Shown here one piece after another: positions 58,744 to 64,000 of a DNA stretch of 64,000 nt; within the stretch, counting starts at the first letter, position 1, and each line of letters starts with the position of its first letter. This stretch comes from an uncultured Planctomycetales bacterium. Its GTDB lineage: Bacteria; Omnitrophota; Gorgyraeia; Zapsychrales; JANLHA01. The position numbers and the translations under genes are program-made. The DNA is taken from NCBI GenBank assembly GCA_964450385.1, contig CAYVEC010000005.1, positions 6,850 through 70,849 of the forward strand. The letters run 5' to 3'. The notes under the pieces are model-generated. The model was given only the letters and a program-made list of their open reading frames with translations, ran no database searches and was not told the DNA's origin.

Positions 58744-59942
58744 CGGGCGGCGTTTGTTAAAATTCTTATGACCTCAGCATTCGGGGTGAACCGTTCGGTC
58801 GCCCATGACCGGATGATCGCGGCCCGATCCGTCCGCCACCGGTCCGCATAGGTCTCCCATCCGGACAACGGGCCATGACGGCTGATCCAGGGGTCATTGG
58901 GAATATAACTGTATATCCCGTCGGGAAAACAGGCATTCTTCACCGCCTTAAACGTCCAATACGTCCAGTGGATGTCATGGGCCCGAAAGATATCAAGGAT
59001 GTCGATCAGCCACAGATCCTCACCATAGAGGCCCTGCCGGGCATTAACACCGAATTCTCCGACAAAGAGGGCGCGCTGTTTCTTTCGGGCGAACCGGGAA
59101 TACGCGCCGATCATTTTCTTGAGCGTCTCCCGGCCGAACCGCCCTGCCGATGATTGCAAGGGATACCGAAGGTGCGGGATAAAATTAAACGTGAACTCGA
59201 TCGGGTGATAAAAATGAATGCTCAGGGCCAGGTTGTCATCGTCAAAATCATCAAGGGCCTCAAGGTCCATGGCCCAACGGTTTCCCTCGACGAACAGGAT
59301 GTGCCGGTGATCAATCGCCCGGATGTGCCGGATCACCTCGTGATAATACGCGTTCAGGGCCCGAGTATCCTCCGTGACCGCCTCGTTCAAGAGATCGTAT
59401 CCCGCCACCTCAGGATGGTCCTTATAGCGGTCGGCAAGGAATTCCCAGATCCTGACCGCCCGGCGCTGATACGCCGGCGACCCCCAGAACCGAGCCCGGC
59501 CCACGGCATCGGCATGCCAATCCGCGTTCTGCGCGCCCGGGGCCGCATGCATGTCCAGGATCACCCGTACCCCGGCCTCCCGGGCCCACCGAAGGGCCCC
59601 GTCGATCCGCGCGATCCCTTTCCGATTGATCTTCCCCGGCGCCTCCTCAACCACCCCATAATGAAACGGCAGCCGAATACAGTTCAGCCCCATCGCTCGC
59701 ACACGTCGGACATCCTCGGCTTGGATAAAATACTCCTCAAAGGCCCTCTCGAAGGCGGTCAAGGCCTGAGGCCCTAATCTTTTCGCGAAATCCTTTTTGA
59801 AAAGCTGGACCGCTCGATTCGGGGCATGGAGGATATACCCCTCCATCATGAGCCACCCGCCGAAATTGACGCCGCGGAGACAGACGGGTCTCGTGCCGTC
59901 ACAGATCCGTCCGTTGCATGCCTGAAGATAACCCATCGTCAC
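58740..59942 (-). CDS. Glycoside hydrolase family 5-like protein (no signal peptide)
   Basis: GVNFGGWLMMEGY, IRLPFHY, ILDMHAAPG, LLNE(A) catalytic-acid context. Confidence 0.6.
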   Translation of the reverse strand: MTMGYLQACNGRICDGTRPVCLRGVNFGGWLMMEGYILHAPNRAVQLFKKDFAKRLGPQALTAFERAFEEYFIQAEDVRRVRAMGLNCIRLPFHYGVVEEAPGKINRKGIARIDGALRWAREAGVRVILDMHAAPGAQNADWHADAVGRARFWGSPAYQRRAVRIWEFLADRYKDHPEVAGYDLLNEAVTEDTRALNAYYHEVIRHIRAIDHRHILFVEGNRWAMDLEALDDFDDDNLALSIHFYHPIEFTFNFIPHLRYPLQSSAGRFGRETLKKMIGAYSRFARKKQRALFVGEFGVNARQGLYGEDLWLIDILDIFRAHDIHWTYWTFKAVKNACFPDGIYSYIPNDPWISRHGPLSGWETYADRWRTDRAAIIRSWATERFTPNAEVIRILTNAAR

Positions 59943-59946
59943 GCTC

Positions 59947-60765
59947 CTATTCGCTAAAAAACTTCCTCAAGAACGCCCGAATCCCGCCGCTGAAGATCAC
60001 CTGCGACAATTGATAGGCATCGTTATGCCCGCCCGTGACCTTTAAGAATTCCTTCGGGGCCGGGGCCGCGCGATACAGGGTCAACCCCATTTGATACGGT
60101 ACCGTCTCATCATGCGGTGAATGGATAAAAAGTTTCGGGATACGCAATTTCGATATTTTTTTCAGATTGTCCATTCGCGTCTTCAACATAAAACGCGGGA
60201 CGAACGGCACGATCCTCTTCGCCATATCTCCCGATGATGTAAAGGTCGAATCCAAAATAATCCCATTGAGCGGCCGCCTGATCGCGAGCTCAATTGCCGG
60301 GGCCCCGCCGAGTGACGCGCCATAAGCAATGATCCGGTCCTGGCGCAGATCCGTGCGCGCGGCAACATAGTCAAAGGCCGCTTCGGCGTCGCGGTAGATC
60401 CCTTCTTCCGATGGCGCCCCTTCACTCCGGCCGTATCCCCGATAATCAATGATCAAGACATTGACACCCAGACGATGGAGCTCCTTCAGCTTCCCGATCC
60501 GTCCGCCAATATTGCCGGCATTTCCGTGGAGAAAAATGACCGTCGGGGCGCCCTTCGTCTGGGCCGGAGCCGGGAGGAACCACCCGTGAAGGCGCACCCC
60601 GTCCCGCGTCTTAAGCACCACATCATCGTACGTGAGCCCGGCCTCCGCCGGGGTCTGCGTAAGCGGTTTCAGAGGCACAAAAACCGTGCGCCGCTCCGTG
60701 AAGCGGACATAACAAAAAAATCCCAGCACGATCAGTAATAAAAAAATAGCGACCCGTGCGATCAT
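59947..60765 (-). CDS. Alpha/beta-hydrolase (BAAT / S9 peptidase-like) with N-terminal membrane anchor
   Basis: TM anchor MIARVAIFLLLIVLGFF, nucleophile elbow GASLGG, FLHGNAGN. Start ATG at 60765 overlaps the response-regulator stop as ATGA. ORF track extends to 60867. Confidence 0.7.
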   Translation of the reverse strand: MIARVAIFLLLIVLGFFCYVRFTERRTVFVPLKPLTQTPAEAGLTYDDVVLKTRDGVRLHGWFLPAPAQTKGAPTVIFLHGNAGNIGGRIGKLKELHRLGVNVLIIDYRGYGRSEGAPSEEGIYRDAEAAFDYVAARTDLRQDRIIAYGASLGGAPAIELAIRRPLNGIILDSTFTSSGDMAKRIVPFVPRFMLKTRMDNLKKISKLRIPKLFIHSPHDETVPYQMGLTLYRAAPAPKEFLKVTGGHNDAYQLSQVIFSGGIRAFLRKFFSE

Positions 60766-61184
60766 CCGCCATCCTTCCTTTGCGCGCTTTGCGCGCCTGC
60801 CGGTCTCCGATGAGGGATGAGCCCGATCATGAGATGGATCGCCTTCAGCACATCCGCCATCTGACACGGCTTCGTCAGATAATGGTCCGCCTCAAGCTCA
60901 AAGCCCTTTTTCATCGAGGTGAGCTCGTCATTCCCCGAAACAATGATCACCGGCTGCCACTTATCCGCCGGGGGATTCGCGCGAAGCCGCGCAAGGACAT
61001 CAAAGCCATGAAGTCCCGGCATCACAAGGTCGAGCACGATCACATCAGGATTTTCAAGGCAAATCTTATTCCAGGCCTGCTCGCCATCCGAGGCGGCCAC
61101 CGCCTCAAACCCCGCCTCAACGATCTTTTTCGCCATCACGGCGAGGATGTCCGGGTCATCATCCGCGATCAAAATCTTTATCAA
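60762..61184 (-). CDS. Single-domain response regulator (CheY-like receiver only)
   Basis: ILIADDDPDIL ... VLDLVMPG ... LTKP receiver motifs. No output domain, no kinase nearby. Confidence 0.75.
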   Translation of the reverse strand: MIKILIADDDPDILAVMAKKIVEAGFEAVAASDGEQAWNKICLENPDVIVLDLVMPGLHGFDVLARLRANPPADKWQPVIIVSGNDELTSMKKGFELEADHYLTKPCQMADVLKAIHLMIGLIPHRRPAGAQSAQRKDGG

Positions 61185-61201
61185 CGCAGGCTCCTGTCCT
61201 G

Positions 61202-61672
61202 TTATTTTTTAATAGATGTGTACCGGTCCATATCGAAAAGGATCTCCTGGCTCGGTTTATCGATCTTGTCGATCTTCACATCCGCCTTCGCGAAAAACTT
61301 GGTCGCCAGGGTATCATGAAAATCCGAAAAGGTCACGACCCTCCTGATCCCCGCGGCGATCAGGGCCTTGGCGCATGTGGTACACGGCATCGTCGTGACA
61401 TAGGCGATCGCGCCACTCACAGAATTTCCATGACGCGCCGCCTGCATCAGGGCGTTCATTTCGGCGTGATTGGTCCGGACGCAGTGATTGTCAATCACGA
61501 GACACCCGACATCCTCGCAGTGATCATCACCCGGGAGAGACCCGTTATATCCGGTCGCAATGACATTCCGGTCCTTCACAATAACGCATCCGCAATGCAT
61601 CCGCGGGCAGGTGGCCCGTTCCGAGGCGAGCATCGCCAGTTTTAAAAAATATTGGTCCCAATCCGGTCTCAC
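61202..61672 (-). CDS. dCMP deaminase (ComEB-like)
   Basis: HAEMNA ... PCTTCAK zinc-binding cytidine/dCMP deaminase motifs. Confidence 0.8.
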   Translation of the reverse strand: MRPDWDQYFLKLAMLASERATCPRMHCGCVIVKDRNVIATGYNGSLPGDDHCEDVGCLVIDNHCVRTNHAEMNALMQAARHGNSVSGAIAYVTTMPCTTCAKALIAAGIRRVVTFSDFHDTLATKFFAKADVKIDKIDKPSQEILFDMDRYTSIKK

Positions 61673-61767
61673 GTCCCCCTCCTTGGTGGCACAGACACAA
61701 GGTCTGCTCTATCTTAACAAAAGTCCTGGACTTTTCAAGCACCGTCCGGCCGGACCGCCGCCGCAGA

Positions 61768-62493
61768 TCAGGGCAGATAATCATGCTTGATCTGTTTCAG
61801 GCTCTTCAGAATATTGCGCTTGACCACATGATGATCTGCCTCGAGCTGGGCCAGAATATGTTTTAAGAAGACCCGTTTTGAACGCTGATCGTTCGGGCAC
61901 TGATGCCCGGCCAAATCCTTGATCCGGCCCTGAGCCACAAGAGCACGGATATCCCGTTCCTGAACATAGGCCAACGGCCGAATGATGGTGATCAGCCCCT
62001 TGAACATCTCCTGACGGGGGCACATCGCGCCGATCTCGGCCCGGTAGAACATATTCATCAAAATGGTCTCAACGATATCATCCAGATGATGACCAAAGGC
62101 GATCTTGCGGCATCCGATGCGGTCCGCCATCTGAAACAGGGTCTTGCGCCGCAGCTGCGCGCAATGATAACAATTCACATCCTCCCACCGCCCGCCCTGG
62201 ACGATGTCCGCATGTTCAACGAACAACGGGATCCCGGTCCCCCGGAGATACTCCTCGAGCTCGCTTCTTGGAAATCCCGGGATCCCCATATCCACGAACC
62301 CCGCGTAGAGCTCATACTTGACCGGGGCAAACCGCTGGCGGTACCTCAAGAATTCAAGAAGGGCCAGACTGTCCTTGCCGCCTGACAAGGCGATCAGAAT
62401 CTTGTCCCCCTCAGCGATCATGGTATAATCGCCGATCGCCTCACCGATCTTGTGAGACACCACATAATACAGGTCGCGATCATCCGTCACCAT
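61768..62493 (-). CDS. ttcA: tRNA 2-thiocytidine(32) synthetase TtcA-like PP-loop ATPase
   Basis: PP-loop SGGKDS and CxxC pairs (CYHC...). N-terminus GEAIGDYTMIAEGDKILIALSGGKDS aligns to TtcA. Start near 62493, slightly overlapping the upstream response regulator. ORF track extends to 62550. Confidence 0.7.
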   Translation of the reverse strand: MVTDDRDLYYVVSHKIGEAIGDYTMIAEGDKILIALSGGKDSLALLEFLRYRQRFAPVKYELYAGFVDMGIPGFPRSELEEYLRGTGIPLFVEHADIVQGGRWEDVNCYHCAQLRRKTLFQMADRIGCRKIAFGHHLDDIVETILMNMFYRAEIGAMCPRQEMFKGLITIIRPLAYVQERDIRALVAQGRIKDLAGHQCPNDQRSKRVFLKHILAQLEADHHVVKRNILKSLKQIKHDYLP

Positions 62494-62971
62494 CAGGTCC
62501 GTTCGTATCCCCTCGCACCGGATCATCGCTTCGGCCGGCGCGGGCCTCATTCAAGGTCTTGCGAAGCGCGCTCAACAGTTCGGGAAAATATAACGGTTTG
62601 GCCACAACCCGGAACTGCTCGCCTTCGATCTCGAGCCGTTTTTTTCCATGATCCTCAATGAGCACGGACATAAAGACGATCGGGATCTGACGCGTCTCCG
62701 GGTCCCGGCGGAGATCCAGGGCAAGCTCCCCGCCGCTCTTATCCGGGATCATCACATCAAGCAGAATAATATCCGGGTGGAATTCTTTGGCGACCGGCAT
62801 GGCATGGTAGGAATCAAGGACCGTTCGAGCCTCATACTCGCCCCCATGAGCCAAGCGGCTCTCTAGGAGATGGAGGACCCCGGGGTCGTCATCAACGATC
62901 AGGATCCGTTTTTTTCTCGTCTCGGTCACCCGCAGCCTCTTTTCCAAAAACCCCCATGACCATAGCCTCAT
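62480..62971 (-). CDS. Single-domain response regulator (second orphan receiver)
   Basis: ILIVDDDPGVL ... ILLDVMIPD ... AKP receiver motifs. An alternative GTG start at 62926 would remove the overlap with the PEBP gene. Confidence 0.7.
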   Translation of the reverse strand: MRLWSWGFLEKRLRVTETRKKRILIVDDDPGVLHLLESRLAHGGEYEARTVLDSYHAMPVAKEFHPDIILLDVMIPDKSGGELALDLRRDPETRQIPIVFMSVLIEDHGKKRLEIEGEQFRVVAKPLYFPELLSALRKTLNEARAGRSDDPVRGDTNGPDGDG

Positions 62972-63434
62972 CGATCACCCGCCCATCGACCGCGTCGATC
63001 ACCTGCTGACTGGTGAGCCCAGGCGGCAGATCCAACATCACATCCAGGACATACACGGAAAAATAATATTGGTGCCGACCGGACGGTGGACAGGGCCCGT
63101 CATACTGGACCCGGCCAAAATCATTGATCCCCTGAGTCCCCGGGACGCTGTCACGCCGAATATGATTGATCACGGGCATATTATAAACAACCCAGTGGAC
63201 CCACGACCCGCTCGGCGCGTCAACATCATAGACAAGAAGCAGGAGGCTCTTGGCCTCAGGAGGGATCCCCGAGATCTGGAGTCGGGGATTCACGTCAGGG
63301 CCGTGGCAGGTGAATTCAGCTGGGATCTCCTCCCCAGACCCAAAGTCAAGACTCATGATCTCGGTCGCGTCGGCCGAACCAAGGCCGCCCGCCACCAGCG
63401 CCAGGGCCATCCCTACGGTGATGACGAATCTCAT
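62892..63434 (-). CDS. YbhB/YbcL-family phosphatidylethanolamine-binding protein (PEBP/RKIP-like), exported
   Basis: Signal peptide MRFVITVGMALALVAGGLGSADA. PEBP motifs YDVDAPS, HWVVYNMP, GPCPPSGRHQYYF. Confidence 0.8.
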   Translation of the reverse strand: MRFVITVGMALALVAGGLGSADATEIMSLDFGSGEEIPAEFTCHGPDVNPRLQISGIPPEAKSLLLLVYDVDAPSGSWVHWVVYNMPVINHIRRDSVPGTQGINDFGRVQYDGPCPPSGRHQYYFSVYVLDVMLDLPPGLTSQQVIDAVDGRVIDEAMVMGVFGKEAAGDRDEKKTDPDR

Positions 63435-63442
63435 GCCGCCTC

Positions 63443-63904
63443 CTAAATTTTTTCGACAAAAACCTGAATCAGACCGCGTTCCTTACGACTGATCACCGAA
63501 AAAGCCGCCTTCGTTAAATCGATCACCCGGCCCTGCCGAACGAACCGACGATGAGGGCCCCGGTCATTGACGCGAACGGTGACCGACTGCCCGTTCTCCT
63601 TATTCGTCACCTTTAACCGCGTCCCGAAGGGGACACCCCACATCGCACATGTGAGCTCCCGGTCATCAAAGACCTCATTGTTCGCTGTGCGCAGCCGAAC
63701 CCCAGGATCACGACGAGAATACCATGACGCCATGCCGTGAACAGGGAACGAAAAAGAGACCGGCGCCATCTCCATATAATACTGCCAGCTCAGCCACAGC
63801 AGCCCGGCCATCAACAGAACTCGTCTGACCCCTTTACTCAGTCCGGCCTCCCCTCGATCCCTTGTTGCCCGTTTATTGTACCCTAAAGACCCCCTGGTCA
63901 ACAA
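63443..63904 (-). CDS. RlpA-like double-psi beta-barrel protein
   Basis: GMASWYS ... RTANNEVFD ... CAMWGVPFGTRLKVTN.ENGQSVTVRVNDRGP ... RVIDLTKAAF matches the DPBB_1/RlpA core. Start uncertain: TTG at 63904 or ATG at 63811. Frame stays open to the window edge. Confidence 0.6.
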   Translation of the reverse strand: MLTRGSLGYNKRATRDRGEAGLSKGVRRVLLMAGLLWLSWQYYMEMAPVSFSFPVHGMASWYSRRDPGVRLRTANNEVFDDRELTCAMWGVPFGTRLKVTNKENGQSVTVRVNDRGPHRRFVRQGRVIDLTKAAFSVISRKERGLIQVFVEKI

Positions 63905-64000
63905 GTCATTCCCCCAGAAAAATCCGCGTCCCCCGGGCCTGACTATTCGCCCAAAACGTGAAATTTCCGTTATCGCTCTTGCCCCGCCCCATCTCGCCAG

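Noticed and set aside
1-64000. CRISPR arrays, IS elements, integrases, phage genes, toxin-antitoxin pairs, restriction-modification or other defence modules
   Set aside because: I scanned for direct-repeat arrays and for transposase, integrase or defence-type proteins on both strands and found none. The window is housekeeping apart from the items listed in findings.

Overview
This is a GC-rich bacterial chromosomal window with several short AT-rich intergenic islands. It is almost entirely coding, mostly on the minus strand, and many adjacent genes overlap by ATGA or GTGA at stop/start.

Gene content is housekeeping, and the gene order resembles Firmicutes. The Firmicutes-type arrays are mcsA-mcsB-clpC-radA-yacL-ispD-ispF-cysE-cysS, tmk-holB-yaaT-metG, ispE-spoVG-glmU-prs-ctc-pth and rpsF-ssb-rpsR-rplI-dnaB. 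The window also carries a full set of outer-membrane biogenesis genes: lptF/lptG, lolDE, lpxD, an lpxC-fabZ fusion, lpxA, lpxI, skp and bamA. This points to a diderm lineage with a Firmicutes-type core gene order.

One tRNA-Gln(UUG) lies between spoVG and glmU. I found no rRNA, CRISPR array, transposase, integrase or recognisable defence module.

Several near-consensus sigma70-type promoters can be read directly from the sequence: lysS, a hisG/ppiD divergent pair, gspE, dinB and a small duplicated-domain gene.

The items most worth follow-up are:
- A 134-aa protein made of two about 74% identical 54-aa modules of a family I cannot place, driven by a strong extended -10 promoter inside an AT-rich island next to dinB-rtcB.
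- An orphan GspE/PilB-type ATPase whose promoter is preceded by three GGACA repeats at exact 10-bp phasing.
- A SpoVG homolog with a CxxC-X12-CxxC zinc-ribbon insertion.
- A dinB-rtcB pair with a probable leaderless start.
- A 33-codon Lys/Arg-rich ORF (possible bS22-like ribosomal protein) below the ORF-track cutoff, followed by a perfect 13-bp palindrome.
- Two orphan single-domain response regulators translationally coupled to metabolic genes.

Long plus-strand ORFs antisense to well-supported minus-strand genes are treated as GC-driven artefacts.
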